Made by a program: the position numbers and the translations under genes. The notes under the pieces were generated by a model. The model saw nothing but the letters and a program-made list of their open reading frames with translations. It was not told the DNA's origin and ran no database searches. Positions 21,485 through 31,988 of a stretch of DNA of 64,000 bases are shown in pieces (the stretch's first letter is position 1; each line of letters begins with the position of its first letter). The stretch lies in the IMG/VR virus record IMGVR_UViG_3300028572_000010, positions 62,001-126,000 of that record. One strand, given 5' to 3'. Origin of the DNA: an uncultured virus (IMG/VR IMGVR_UViG_3300028572_000010). Its lineage: Duplodnaviria; Heunggongvirae; Uroviricota; Caudoviricetes.

Positions 21485-23161
21485 ATGCAGGTTTTAGAAT
21501 ATCAAAATGAATGTAGCCAAATTCGCTATCCATTCCGGGATACAGCTACATTAATATGGAGTAGTGGCGGTAATAGTGGAGTTCTGCCTAATAATGTTAT
21601 TGTCGATGCTCAATTAATAGCTCTGGATAGTGTATTTTCCTCACTATCCTTAACAACAATAGTGTATAGTTCTATTTCCTGGATATTTAATTTCACTGGT
21701 TCAGCAAGCTTATCAATAACGGTACCTATACCTAGTCCTGCCTGTATAAGTACATTTAATATAAGTACTTCTACTAAAGTATTATATGTAGATATTAACG
21801 TTACTGCATTAACAACTTATTTTACTGGATTATCTTACGGAACTTATACCTTTGATGGTAGTTGTTCAATCTGTTTATCTTGTGTAAAACTACTACCTCC
21901 TAATATAACTAGAATAGCTTTGATTAATACTACTAGTTTAGGAATAACTACTATATATGATACCGGAGCTATACTAGTACCTGGAACTGGATTGGCTTTG
22001 AGTGAAGGAACAAATCTTGGCTTTACCACTACACCTAATACTTGTACTTTTGATGTTAATCAAGGGTTAGGCCAAGGACAATATGATAATTGTCCTGCTA
22101 GTAGTGCAATCTTAACTATTAATGAGGTTGAAGCTGATAGTACGGGAAATTTTGTGTTAACTAATGATGGCTGCTATTCTTCTTATGCAGGAATAAGTGG
22201 ATTACATCTACAAAATATATGTAACCCCGAATGTACTGCAGCTAATATAATCAATTTTGCTGACTACTATAATAGAGTTACAGATTTAACAACTCAGATG
22301 GCTGGTTATGCTAATACAACTAATACCAATTATAATACCTGGCTTACTAACTATACTATAACTCAAAATGCACAGCTACAACCATCTACTCCATATATAT
22401 TAGCTCAGGCCAACAGTATTACTAATATAGTTAATCAATATCATACCATCGTTGTAGGTGTGTATTATTCTACTAATTCAGCTATAACTACTTCATTATC
22501 ACTATCTTTAAATACCTCTGAGTTTACTATAGTAAGTGGAACTTATTATTTAGTGGAAGATAATACTAAGAAGGTTCAGCCTACCCCAGTATTTTCATCC
22601 AGTACTGCTCCATTATTCAATACTTCATTTAATTGTGCCACTACTACATTAGCTGGACTGACTTTACAAGAAGCGGCAGTATCAGGCATGTCCCATTTAA
22701 ATCAAGGAACTGCTTTATATGATGCAACCTTTTTATTAACTACTAGTAGTGTTGGGATAAGTGGATTTGTTTTGCCTTTAAACCCAAGTAATTTTAACTT
22801 CACACTAGCTTATGTAGTTCAATACATCTATTCAGTTCCAGGTAACATATTATCACCTATAGCTTATCAAGTAGTATCATTTGATTTAGGTTTTCTAGAT
22901 CCAACTAATACTACTGGAAATTTAAGCTTGGCAGTTTCAGGAATAGTAGGTACAGTAACTCTTAATCAGACTATATTTGATGGAGTTACAGCTAGTCATA
23001 GTGGTTCTGGATTTACTAGTTTAAGTATTAATCCTGTAAATAGTAATCATTATTACTTAACTCTAACCTGTGCTGCAACTTTAAGTGGTACATATCCCAT
23101 AACTTTTACTACTTCTGGAGTAGGAAGTGCTAGCAAGACTGTGAATATAGTGCTAATTTAA
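21485..23161 (+). CDS. fibre/baseplate paralog family member 2
   Basis: LEYQNECSQIRYPF and INEVEADSTGNF. Confidence 0.6.
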   Translation: MQVLEYQNECSQIRYPFRDTATLIWSSGGNSGVLPNNVIVDAQLIALDSVFSSLSLTTIVYSSISWIFNFTGSASLSITVPIPSPACISTFNISTSTKVLYVDINVTALTTYFTGLSYGTYTFDGSCSICLSCVKLLPPNITRIALINTTSLGITTIYDTGAILVPGTGLALSEGTNLGFTTTPNTCTFDVNQGLGQGQYDNCPASSAILTINEVEADSTGNFVLTNDGCYSSYAGISGLHLQNICNPECTAANIINFADYYNRVTDLTTQMAGYANTTNTNYNTWLTNYTITQNAQLQPSTPYILAQANSITNIVNQYHTIVVGVYYSTNSAITTSLSLSLNTSEFTIVSGTYYLVEDNTKKVQPTPVFSSSTAPLFNTSFNCATTTLAGLTLQEAAVSGMSHLNQGTALYDATFLLTTSSVGISGFVLPLNPSNFNFTLAYVVQYIYSVPGNILSPIAYQVVSFDLGFLDPTNTTGNLSLAVSGIVGTVTLNQTIFDGVTASHSGSGFTSLSINPVNSNHYYLTLTCAATLSGTYPITFTTSGVGSASKTVNIVLI

Positions 23162-23162
23162 T

Positions 23163-23984
23163 ATGGAATTAAATTTTATACAGAGCAATTGGTTAAGACA
23201 ATATCCGTTTAGGAATTTTAACGGTGGATTTGATTCTTATAATAATAAATTACCTACCGATATTATAGTAGGTTTAAAGATAAGTTGTCTATTATCAGAT
23301 TTAGATTTATATATTAACAAGATTGTAACTGATAATGGGAATATAGGGATTACATTTGCAGGTAATAATGGTCCAATAGGTTATGCTAATAGTGTAATTA
23401 CTACAAATAATCAAAACTTAATCATCTATAACTTTAATGAAGGAGTGATAGGAAATGTTACGATAGGGAATAGTGCCAGAATCATGCCTAAGCAAACATT
23501 CTCGTTTAACAATACTAATGGATTGATTGAAGGAAGCACTATTACGATTATCTCACCACCTCTAGTAACTGGTATAACTATCAAAGGTACAACTATGACG
23601 GGTGCTATTACATTGACCAGTACTAGTCTTGGTATAAATACAGGTTCAGAACTAAATCTATCTGTCCTTTATCCAGTTAATATATTATCTAGAGGGGATT
23701 TAAGTTCAACCCAGTTATCTTGCAATAACTTTGTAATATCTGGTATAAATACTGTAATACCTAACCTTAATGGAAATATTGATATCTATGCCATATCTCC
23801 ATTAGTAATAAGTACTGGTGTAGTAGATGGAGTTACTCAACTAATTATAACTACACCTGGAATAACCTTGTCTAATGTTTGTGTTCCTATCAATCTACCT
23901 CCTATTAACCCATCCCAGACTAGCTATGAGCCTATTAATACCATAGTTAATCCAGAATATAGTACCTGGCCACAATACTCTTAA
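23163..23984 (+). CDS. fibre/baseplate paralog family member 3
   Basis: LNFIQSNWLRQYPF and INTVIPNLNGNI. Confidence 0.6.
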   Translation: MELNFIQSNWLRQYPFRNFNGGFDSYNNKLPTDIIVGLKISCLLSDLDLYINKIVTDNGNIGITFAGNNGPIGYANSVITTNNQNLIIYNFNEGVIGNVTIGNSARIMPKQTFSFNNTNGLIEGSTITIISPPLVTGITIKGTTMTGAITLTSTSLGINTGSELNLSVLYPVNILSRGDLSSTQLSCNNFVISGINTVIPNLNGNIDIYAISPLVISTGVVDGVTQLIITTPGITLSNVCVPINLPPINPSQTSYEPINTIVNPEYSTWPQYS

Positions 23985-23985
23985 T

Positions 23986-25419
23986 ATGCAAGGAATAGGA
24001 ATAACTAACTGGCAAAATATAAATAATACTGAATATCCTCTAGTCAATGCTGGAGGATTAAATGGAGTATTCTGTGATGCATCATTTATTAGCTATGATA
24101 ATTTTGTACCTACATTAAATACTATTACCATTACTGAAACTGAGCTTATACTAAATATATTAATGGATGATGGAGCTTATGATTTTGCTTATGCATTATC
24201 TACTTTGTCTGAAGGTGTATCAGTTAGACTAAGGACTATTAATAGAAGCTACGGATGTCTAGTATTTGGCCAGTTAATATCTGATATAATAGCTAAGAAA
24301 TACAGTAATATAATTACTTTAAATGCCGCTTTCAATAATAATACGGTAAGGACAATTACCTCTACTAATGGAGTATATAGTATTAATGGCTTATTAGGGA
24401 ATGTAAGTATAGCTTTCGATAACAATCTAATATATAACACTAGCTCCTACTTCGGCTACCCTACCATCAGTGCTGCTAGTCTACCTACAAATCTACAAAC
24501 TTTAGAATTATCTGCTAACCAAGCATACCTTTTTAACTCTAGCCAGGAACTCATTCTAGCAAATACTGTAAATAATACGCTTTCCCCTCAAACTACATTA
24601 GATAAGGTGTATGATATTATCTATGATGAAAGTTCTCATTTAATTGGAGTATTAAATGAATATAATAAAGCTACCATCTATGATTTATCCAGTATTCCAG
24701 CTACACCATTATTAACTAATATAACTGGAAATATAACTGGTATCACTACAGATAATGCTTCTAATCTTTGGGTATTAATAAACAATAGTCTTTATAACTA
24801 TGGTCATTATCCATATACCGTTAATAATACTGGAATCGATACTGGGATAACTAATACTCTAGGACTAACTTATCTAAATAGTACTTTTTATACCTTTACT
24901 AATGGTCCACAAGATTATAGTACATTGCCGAGTATTGTATATTTTAGCAGCTTTATTTATACTGTTACAGTTAGTGGTCTTACTGCTACTTCTACATTAT
25001 TAGGCCCTCTAGTAGATCCAACTATAAATAACTCTATACATTATACTGCTAATCAACATGTTCCTTGGTTAGGAGGGATATTCATCTATAATAATGCATT
25101 GTATGGTTGGAATATGTATAGTACTAGTTTTAATATATACAATATCAACACTAATACACTTTATATAACTCCTTATTTTCAATCAACTTACAACTTATCG
25201 AATAATATAAACACTGTATTTATTGGAGGACCTACTATTACATTGAATAGCATTATACCTTTAAAAACTATTAATGGAGTATCACCATATAATAATCAAA
25301 TTACTATTACAGGTGATGCAGTAATGTCCATCGCTCAAACTACTGGAAATACTTTAACCTTGAATATACCTATTAAAGACAGTAACTTAAATGTAGCCAG
25401 GTCTGTAGTTTATGAGTAA
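23986..25419 (+). CDS. fibre/baseplate paralog family member 4 (possible beta-propeller insert)
   Basis: TNWQNINNTEYPL and INGVSPYNNQI. Confidence 0.55.
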   Translation: MQGIGITNWQNINNTEYPLVNAGGLNGVFCDASFISYDNFVPTLNTITITETELILNILMDDGAYDFAYALSTLSEGVSVRLRTINRSYGCLVFGQLISDIIAKKYSNIITLNAAFNNNTVRTITSTNGVYSINGLLGNVSIAFDNNLIYNTSSYFGYPTISAASLPTNLQTLELSANQAYLFNSSQELILANTVNNTLSPQTTLDKVYDIIYDESSHLIGVLNEYNKATIYDLSSIPATPLLTNITGNITGITTDNASNLWVLINNSLYNYGHYPYTVNNTGIDTGITNTLGLTYLNSTFYTFTNGPQDYSTLPSIVYFSSFIYTVTVSGLTATSTLLGPLVDPTINNSIHYTANQHVPWLGGIFIYNNALYGWNMYSTSFNIYNINTNTLYITPYFQSTYNLSNNINTVFIGGPTITLNSIIPLKTINGVSPYNNQITITGDAVMSIAQTTGNTLTLNIPIKDSNLNVARSVVYE

Positions 25420-26161
25420 TAGTTCAACAATATTAGAGTGGCTGAATGAAAATGCTTTAAGGGATTATCCTTTAGTAGCAAATAGTCCTTATTCAATCAC
25501 TACAGGGAGTACTACAATATATATTAAACCATTGATACTTGATGCCTGCTTATTCTATAGTAGTGTGCCTAGTTCGGTTACTTTAAATACCATAATTACA
25601 ACTACTGCATTATCCATAAACATAACTGGACAACCTGTATTTACGATACCTAACTATCTTACTGCAACTTATCCTTATTATGTAAGAAATAGTAGTAATA
25701 GTTTATTAGTAGTAGGAGATGCAACCCACATATCAAATAATCTTACCTTTAATGTCAATGCTGTATTTGAACCTACTACTTTGATAGAGATTTACCCCAA
25801 CACTTTAGGTCTGACTAATCTTAATATAAATGGGAATAATCTTACTGGAAATGTGAGTTTAAGTGATGGATATCAATTAACTTTATTACCAGAAAAACAA
25901 GAATTAAGTATAGAAGTGGGTAGAAATGAAGGACATCCACTACCTTGTATCAATATTAAAGGTGTAGTAAATGATTGTAGCAGCATAGTTAGTACGGTTA
26001 ATGGAGCTAGTCCCTCAAATACTGGCAACCCAATCTATATAAAAGCAGGGAATCACTTTAAAGTATACGATGATATTAACAATAGTCGTGTTTATATTGG
26101 GTTGGATTTTAACATTACAGATATACTTCCTACAACCCTACCTAACCCTCCTACAATATGA
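25412..26161 (+). CDS. fibre/baseplate paralog family member 5
   Basis: LEWLNENALRDYPL and VNGASPSNTGN. Confidence 0.6.
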   Translation: MSNSSTILEWLNENALRDYPLVANSPYSITTGSTTIYIKPLILDACLFYSSVPSSVTLNTIITTTALSINITGQPVFTIPNYLTATYPYYVRNSSNSLLVVGDATHISNNLTFNVNAVFEPTTLIEIYPNTLGLTNLNINGNNLTGNVSLSDGYQLTLLPEKQELSIEVGRNEGHPLPCINIKGVVNDCSSIVSTVNGASPSNTGNPIYIKAGNHFKVYDDINNSRVYIGLDFNITDILPTTLPNPPTI

Positions 26162-26469
26162 GTAACAGTTATACTATAAGTGGAATAGACCATGTAATAA
26201 GACTATTAAGCCAATATCCTCAATTAATGGCCTTATCTAGTCTTACTCCTATTAAAGACATAGCTAAGAAAGCCCAGGATGCAGTAAAGAAGAGTGGTTG
26301 TGGTTGTAGTGCTGGACCAGTCTATGCTGCTAATAAGAACACCTTTGAACGCAGTCTAGATATGTTAAGCCAGGGTGATCATATAGTTGCAAAAACTATA
26401 TTAAAAGTGGATAAAATCTGTTATTATACTAGAGATAGCTCTGGTAAAACTACTTTGAAGTGTATCTAG
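26158..26469 (+). CDS. hypothetical protein
   Basis: 103 aa, GCGC motif, ATGA-coupled. Confidence 0.55.
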   Translation: MSNSYTISGIDHVIRLLSQYPQLMALSSLTPIKDIAKKAQDAVKKSGCGCSAGPVYAANKNTFERSLDMLSQGDHIVAKTILKVDKICYYTRDSSGKTTLKCI

Positions 26470-26487
26470 ATTAAGCTATAATGAATT

Positions 26488-26955
26488 ATGAAAGAGTTAC
26501 CAAATTACTTGCCAACCCAATTTGAAATGTATGGTGTGAAACAAGAAGCTCCTAACCACTATCAAGGAGATAATATTATTATTCCTATTTTTGAACTGAT
26601 AGATACTGCTAAATATACATTACATGCATATCTTAAAGCTGAATTAGATGGTCCGGGTCTAGTCTGGGAAGGTTCTAGAGATGATGGCATAGTATTAGAA
26701 GATGGATTTGTTATTATAAAGATAAGAGCTAGTACTGCACAAACCTTTCTGCCAGGTATATACTATTTAACGCTAGCCGGCTCTACAGATCGAGATGTTA
26801 ATACTAGACATGTTTTGACACAGCTAGTATTTTCGATCACTCCTGCAGCTAGTAGTAATTACTTTAATATCAATATCAATAATAGATACTGTAATAATGA
26901 TGTAGGTAGACCAATACCTAATTATGTAGGTATTCAATATTTTAGTGCAGGATGA
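26488..26955 (+). CDS. hypothetical protein
   Basis: 155 aa; TTGAAG-16-TATAAT directly upstream. Confidence 0.55.
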   Translation: MKELPNYLPTQFEMYGVKQEAPNHYQGDNIIIPIFELIDTAKYTLHAYLKAELDGPGLVWEGSRDDGIVLEDGFVIIKIRASTAQTFLPGIYYLTLAGSTDRDVNTRHVLTQLVFSITPAASSNYFNININNRYCNNDVGRPIPNYVGIQYFSAG

Positions 26956-27323
26956 ATATTAAACCTTATCATGCAGAGGAGAGAGGCAAAGAAAGACTAA
27001 ACCTCAGTCCAGAATCTGTCAGTGCTTTACAAAGAGCTGCTGATAAGATGTGGTATTCTGGTGGGTATAAGAAACTTACTGGAAAGAACTATTATAGCAA
27101 TATTAGAGACCCGAGACAGAATTTACTAGGCTATGCTGCTTATAAGGTAGTAGGAGGAGTAGTTAATAGACCTAGACTTATTCTTGCTTCTATTCTATCT
27201 AAAAATATGAGACCTAGAGGGAGTAATATATCTACCTTCTTTAATGAAAGATTGTTAGATAATAAGGTGAAGTTAAACGTTCCTACCCAATTCGATAAAT
27301 TCCCTAAAATGTTCAATAACTAA
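26952..27323 (+). CDS. hypothetical basic protein
   Basis: 123 aa coupled ORF. Confidence 0.55.
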   Translation: MNIKPYHAEERGKERLNLSPESVSALQRAADKMWYSGGYKKLTGKNYYSNIRDPRQNLLGYAAYKVVGGVVNRPRLILASILSKNMRPRGSNISTFFNERLLDNKVKLNVPTQFDKFPKMFNN

Positions 27324-27324
27324 T

Positions 27325-27591
27325 ATGATAGGAACTATTGAATATGGCGAGCCGGAATTAGGTAGTCCAGCTATAATACCACCTATTAATCCTGTAATGC
27401 CTGGTATTCTAGGATTGTGTGAGTTAGGGCAACCGGTTTGGAGAGAGAATACCTTGGTATATAAAACTTCTGAGCATTGTTATCGTAGTCATGCCAGGAT
27501 AATTAATACTTCTGGCTTTACACAAACTAATAAAGTTAGTTATAACTGTAATGCCAGAATGACTAGAAGGCCGATTTATCTTCCTATTTAA
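27325..27591 (+). CDS. hypothetical protein
   Basis: 88 aa ORF closing the + strand operon. Confidence 0.45.
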   Translation: MIGTIEYGEPELGSPAIIPPINPVMPGILGLCELGQPVWRENTLVYKTSEHCYRSHARIINTSGFTQTNKVSYNCNARMTRRPIYLPI

Positions 27592-27817
27592 CGCCAGTAA
27601 TATCTGCGTTATAAGTAATAGGCAGATTATATACATTACCAGGGATTATATTACTCTTTCCTGAAGACTTCCTATAATTGAGAATATCATTAGTATGTTT
27701 CTTACTAAATGTATATGAAACACTCCTATAATGTTTATATTGATTCATCATCTGCTTAAACACTTCTGGAGTTAATGTGACCTCTTCCGGTATTGTAAGT
27801 AAATATCCTTTATTCAT
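27584..27817 (-). CDS. hypothetical protein
   Basis: ORF, likely start MNKGY at 27817. Confidence 0.4.
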   Translation of the reverse strand: MNKGYLLTIPEEVTLTPEVFKQMMNQYKHYRSVSYTFSKKHTNDILNYRKSSGKSNIIPGNVYNLPITYNADITGVK

Positions 27818-27955
27818 AATTGAAATACTATGATGAAATAAAGAACTAGTCAAGAAGAGATATTAGCCAGTCTTTTCCATTCAATAAACCAGGCATGCTC
27901 CCACCAATTAAGGCTACCATCATACCTCATATACTGATGAACTAGATTGAACATC

Positions 27956-29848
27956 TTATTGTATGATACTACCAGTCATACCAGTACCATATAACATTTC
28001 GTGAGGATGTAGAGTAAGGAAATCATTATTAACAGCAATCGTACCTATAATAGCATTGGCGGTACTAACGTTATTACTAAATATGATAGTTGTACCTTGA
28101 AGATTGAATACTCTAACATCATAGGTATTATTGTTAGTATAACCGGTAGAGGTCATAGTTGCTTGATTAGTACCTAATATTCCGATTGAACCAGCAAATA
28201 CATTAGCTTGATTGGTATAATCAACAACATCTGCTACCCAATTTGTCCCGTTAACCCAGTGTGAATCTGATAAACCTGATGATTGCACAAAAAAGTCTAA
28301 GACGTGAGAATAAGGAGCATTGACCGACATGTCTGGTCTTCCTCCGTTTTCCGTGACTCCGTTATTAAAATAAGCATTCCCAAGCGACAAAAAACCGTTA
28401 TTAAAATTCGCTGAATTGCCAAACGTGCAATATTGTCCTACGCCGTTTTCATTCACTGCAACCATACATCCTGCCGCCCCAATTGTTACCGTGCCTTGGC
28501 CTGGCGCCCAAACTACCGTATTTGTCCCGCTAATTACTGCCGGCACCGTCCCTTGAATCGGATAATTTACCCCTACATCATTCAAGTTTGTATGCCACGT
28601 AAAACCACATGTGTTTGCAGATAAATATTGCGGATATTGCAAAAAATCAATGTTGCCCATGAATCCGTCTGCCGTCCAAATATCGAATACGTTCGTCTCA
28701 TTCGGCAGCTGGCCGGTAAACGTGTCCGACCGGAAAGAGATATGCTGACCGTTCGTCGCGTACAAACCAATTGCGGCAAGATAATTACTTGTTCCAAAGA
28801 CACCGTTCCCCGCAATGTGGCAATCCTCGAAGTGCACTACTGAGTTCCAGATTTCGAACTGGCACAGATTTGTGGGATAGCTCGCAAACATCCCTTCATA
28901 TTCGCCACCCCGGAAAAAGATCGTTGATCCACCCACCCAGGGCGACACTTTGAAAGCTTGCTTATCGCTGCCGCCGTTATTGTAGCTGACCTCTAGATGG
29001 ATGCAGTACGCATCTAGCTGGATGTCGATGCAATTATGACGCTGTGAATCAACAACGCTGGTCGGTGACGAGTTATTGTCATCCAGGGTGTTCATGTCGT
29101 TCAGCGTGATTATGCTCTCGTCACCGCCCTCGCTCGACGTCTGCGATTGTGCAACCGACTGGGCCACATAAACCTTGTTGCTCCAACAGTTACCCATCAT
29201 ACAATGTCTAATATCGAATTGCGGTGTATTAATAATCTCTACATTCCTCCAGAGGTTTGAAAAGTGAACAAATTCTGTTTTTAAATCTTCGAAATAGCTA
29301 AATCCTAATACCCCATTTTGGATACCTACAACGGATGGATCGGGGGCATTTGTTCCTTGTCTCTCAATTGTTAGACCGTGATAATAAGCTCCATTGCCTA
29401 ACTGTCCTTGTATTGATTGGCTGTGTATAAACACAGACCCAACGAAATTACTAGGGACTACTATGGTTGCATTCCTAATTTCAATATGTCCCCTAGTCCA
29501 AGCAACTCCAGAGGTGATATAATACGTCTGCCCCTGCCCATCCCATACCAGGATGTTGCCCGCGTTCATGGCGGTAACTGAATTGCTCAAAGCCAAAGTA
29601 TCATTTGCTATACCGTTACCAACTGCACCATATTGCATCGGTGAAATAAAGGTAAAATTAGTCACAATTGTAGGGCTACTAGCATTTACTGCAGCATTAA
29701 AAGGAATAGAGTTGGAGGCAAATATATTTGTACTTTGACCTAGCAGAACTTCGTTAGTATCAGTAACAACTTCCAAATCTACTAGTTGGGCTTTAACGCA
29801 AAATACATTAAATAATAAAGCTAACGGTATTAAATATTTCTTAAACAT
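27956..29848 (-). CDS. signal-peptide-bearing pectate-lyase-superfamily beta-helix (tailspike/depolymerase-like) protein
   Basis: MFKKYLIPLALLFNVFCVKA signal peptide; SPMQYGAVGNGIANDTLAL motif; GC-richer core. Confidence 0.65.
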   Translation of the reverse strand: MFKKYLIPLALLFNVFCVKAQLVDLEVVTDTNEVLLGQSTNIFASNSIPFNAAVNASSPTIVTNFTFISPMQYGAVGNGIANDTLALSNSVTAMNAGNILVWDGQGQTYYITSGVAWTRGHIEIRNATIVVPSNFVGSVFIHSQSIQGQLGNGAYYHGLTIERQGTNAPDPSVVGIQNGVLGFSYFEDLKTEFVHFSNLWRNVEIINTPQFDIRHCMMGNCWSNKVYVAQSVAQSQTSSEGGDESIITLNDMNTLDDNNSSPTSVVDSQRHNCIDIQLDAYCIHLEVSYNNGGSDKQAFKVSPWVGGSTIFFRGGEYEGMFASYPTNLCQFEIWNSVVHFEDCHIAGNGVFGTSNYLAAIGLYATNGQHISFRSDTFTGQLPNETNVFDIWTADGFMGNIDFLQYPQYLSANTCGFTWHTNLNDVGVNYPIQGTVPAVISGTNTVVWAPGQGTVTIGAAGCMVAVNENGVGQYCTFGNSANFNNGFLSLGNAYFNNGVTENGGRPDMSVNAPYSHVLDFFVQSSGLSDSHWVNGTNWVADVVDYTNQANVFAGSIGILGTNQATMTSTGYTNNNTYDVRVFNLQGTTIIFSNNVSTANAIIGTIAVNNDFLTLHPHEMLYGTGMTGSIIQ

Positions 29849-29851
29849 AAA

Positions 29852-30079
29852 TTATTTCGGTTTAACTTCCTCAATTATCTCTGGATTTAAAGTACCAGTT
29901 TTAAAGAATAGACTAACACCCTTCCACCCACCTAATTGAGTCCAGAACTTAATACAAGCCCAGATATGAAGATAGAGTGTGTGAGGGAGTGCAAGTAGTA
30001 ATGCTACTTCATAACCACTTAAATGATAACCTGCTGCACTAGCTATTTGTTGTGCTAATTGAATTTCGTTCGTATTCAT
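29852..30079 (-). CDS. small membrane protein (holin-like?)
   Basis: 75 aa with a hydrophobic segment and a charged C-terminus. Confidence 0.35.
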   Translation of the reverse strand: MNTNEIQLAQQIASAAGYHLSGYEVALLLALPHTLYLHIWACIKFWTQLGGWKGVSLFFKTGTLNPEIIEEVKPK

Positions 30080-30080
30080 A

Positions 30081-31913
30081 TTATTTCTTAATACCTACTA
30101 ATACCCCATTACTATATACTAGAGTTATATTAGATGATATTACTTCATTAGTTGTCAATCCACCTATTAATCCTAGATAAGGTATATTTGTAACTCCACT
30201 ACCATTACCTGAAAATGTACCAGTTAACTTATTAGTATTGTTGTTAAGATTAATTGTATTGGAATATGTGCCAGAAATCAATGAAGAACTAATTGTACCC
30301 TTATTTAGGTTAGTAGTATTTAAATTAGTTAGATTAAGTCCACTCCCACTAAAAGTACCGGTAAAGTTATTAGAATAAGTTCCAGGTAATAGATTGGAGG
30401 CGGTTAGATTAGTAAGATTAACTCCATTACCTATATAATTACCTATGAATGTATTACTAGTACTTGTAAAGTTAACTATATTAGAGTAGTTACCTGATAT
30501 TAATGAAGATGTTATAAACCCAACCAAATTAGTAGTATTAATATTTGTTATAGTAGACCCATTACCTGTTATAGCACCATTTACAGTTAAATCATTCCTC
30601 ACATTTATAGGATCAGTGAATATATTAGTACCTATACCTAGCATTGGATTTCCGAATAAATCTGTATTGTTATGAATAGCTACATTAATGGAAGGTGCCC
30701 AGGTAAATATATTATAATTCATTGAACTATCATAACTATTACCGCTTACATTTAATCCAGTAAATGCCCCACCAGCTACGAATCCTTGCCAGATTGCATT
30801 AGATACACCTGCTACATATTCAACTACATTCCCTGTTATCCAGATGTTCGTAAATGAAGTATATATAGTTCCTGGATAAAAATAGAATGCACAGGGAGGA
30901 AATGGTTCAGCTCCTACATTAGTTGAGTTATTAAAGAAACTTAATATCCTTACATGATTATTGGCTATAGTTATATTAACTCTATCAAATCCTATAGCTT
31001 CTACTCCGTAATCACAATCCAGTATTTGATTATTTTGAATTATTACATTATGTGCCCAACCCGTATCTCCAGGTATGCCAACGTCACAACCTTCTAGATA
31101 ATTGCCTTCAATCAATACATCATGCTGCCAACCACCTAAACCGATACCAAACCATGAACCTTTTGAATATATAGGATAATTTGTACTAACTAATATAACT
31201 TTATTATTTCTTATAATACCAGATATAGTTTGAGCTGGTTCTGAATTACTACCAAAATTATCTCCACCACCTGCTAATGCTATACTAGTGATACCTCCAC
31301 CACCCCTATACTGAGATACTTCACATTCTTCTATAATATTTCCTATACTGTCTGGTAAATAATAATTTGCTATCACTATTCCCCAAGCCTCACTATTGCC
31401 ACCAAATTTACCGCAGTTAATTACCTTAACTCTTCTTATACTATTTTCTGTACCAATCAATCCAACTCCACTATATGTATCTAAAACATTACTTACATTA
31501 CAATCTATAGTTAAGTCTTGTATCTCATTGTTAGTAACTGAACCAAAATTTCCCATTACTGATACTCCTGAACCTCCTACAAAAGTTGGTGCTACTAATT
31601 GGACTATAGTATTATCAATGCCACTACCGCATACTTTCTGTCCAGACTTTAATCCATATCCTTGCCACGATCCTTTAGTTTGGAATGTACCTGTTAATAA
31701 GTGAATAGTAGAATTTGCTGGGATTAGACCCATATTCAAATCGAAATTAGTATTATTTGAACCGTCTAATGGATTATCTATAGTACCATTAGTAGGAAAG
31801 ATATTACCGGTATTAACTGTAGATACCCAATACTCATTAGGTATGGAGGTAGAAGCTAAAATATAGTTAATTGATAACAATAATAGAATAAATACTTGAT
31901 TCACGATCTTCAT
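30081..31913 (-). CDS. signal-peptide-bearing right-handed beta-helix protein with fibre-like C-terminus
   Basis: Hydrophobic N-terminus; GTIDNPLD...IHLLTGTF; NNxI repeats; FxGNGSGLTNL repeats. Confidence 0.65.
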   Translation of the reverse strand: MKIVNQVFILLLLSINYILASTSIPNEYWVSTVNTGNIFPTNGTIDNPLDGSNNTNFDLNMGLIPANSTIHLLTGTFQTKGSWQGYGLKSGQKVCGSGIDNTIVQLVAPTFVGGSGVSVMGNFGSVTNNEIQDLTIDCNVSNVLDTYSGVGLIGTENSIRRVKVINCGKFGGNSEAWGIVIANYYLPDSIGNIIEECEVSQYRGGGGITSIALAGGGDNFGSNSEPAQTISGIIRNNKVILVSTNYPIYSKGSWFGIGLGGWQHDVLIEGNYLEGCDVGIPGDTGWAHNVIIQNNQILDCDYGVEAIGFDRVNITIANNHVRILSFFNNSTNVGAEPFPPCAFYFYPGTIYTSFTNIWITGNVVEYVAGVSNAIWQGFVAGGAFTGLNVSGNSYDSSMNYNIFTWAPSINVAIHNNTDLFGNPMLGIGTNIFTDPINVRNDLTVNGAITGNGSTITNINTTNLVGFITSSLISGNYSNIVNFTSTSNTFIGNYIGNGVNLTNLTASNLLPGTYSNNFTGTFSGSGLNLTNLNTTNLNKGTISSSLISGTYSNTINLNNNTNKLTGTFSGNGSGVTNIPYLGLIGGLTTNEVISSNITLVYSNGVLVGIKK

Positions 31914-31988
31914 TTTAATTTAAGTCTGATTTCGGAATTCACTTAATAATATTGGTCAAAAACAGGATTGCGGTGGTTAGGGTCATAG

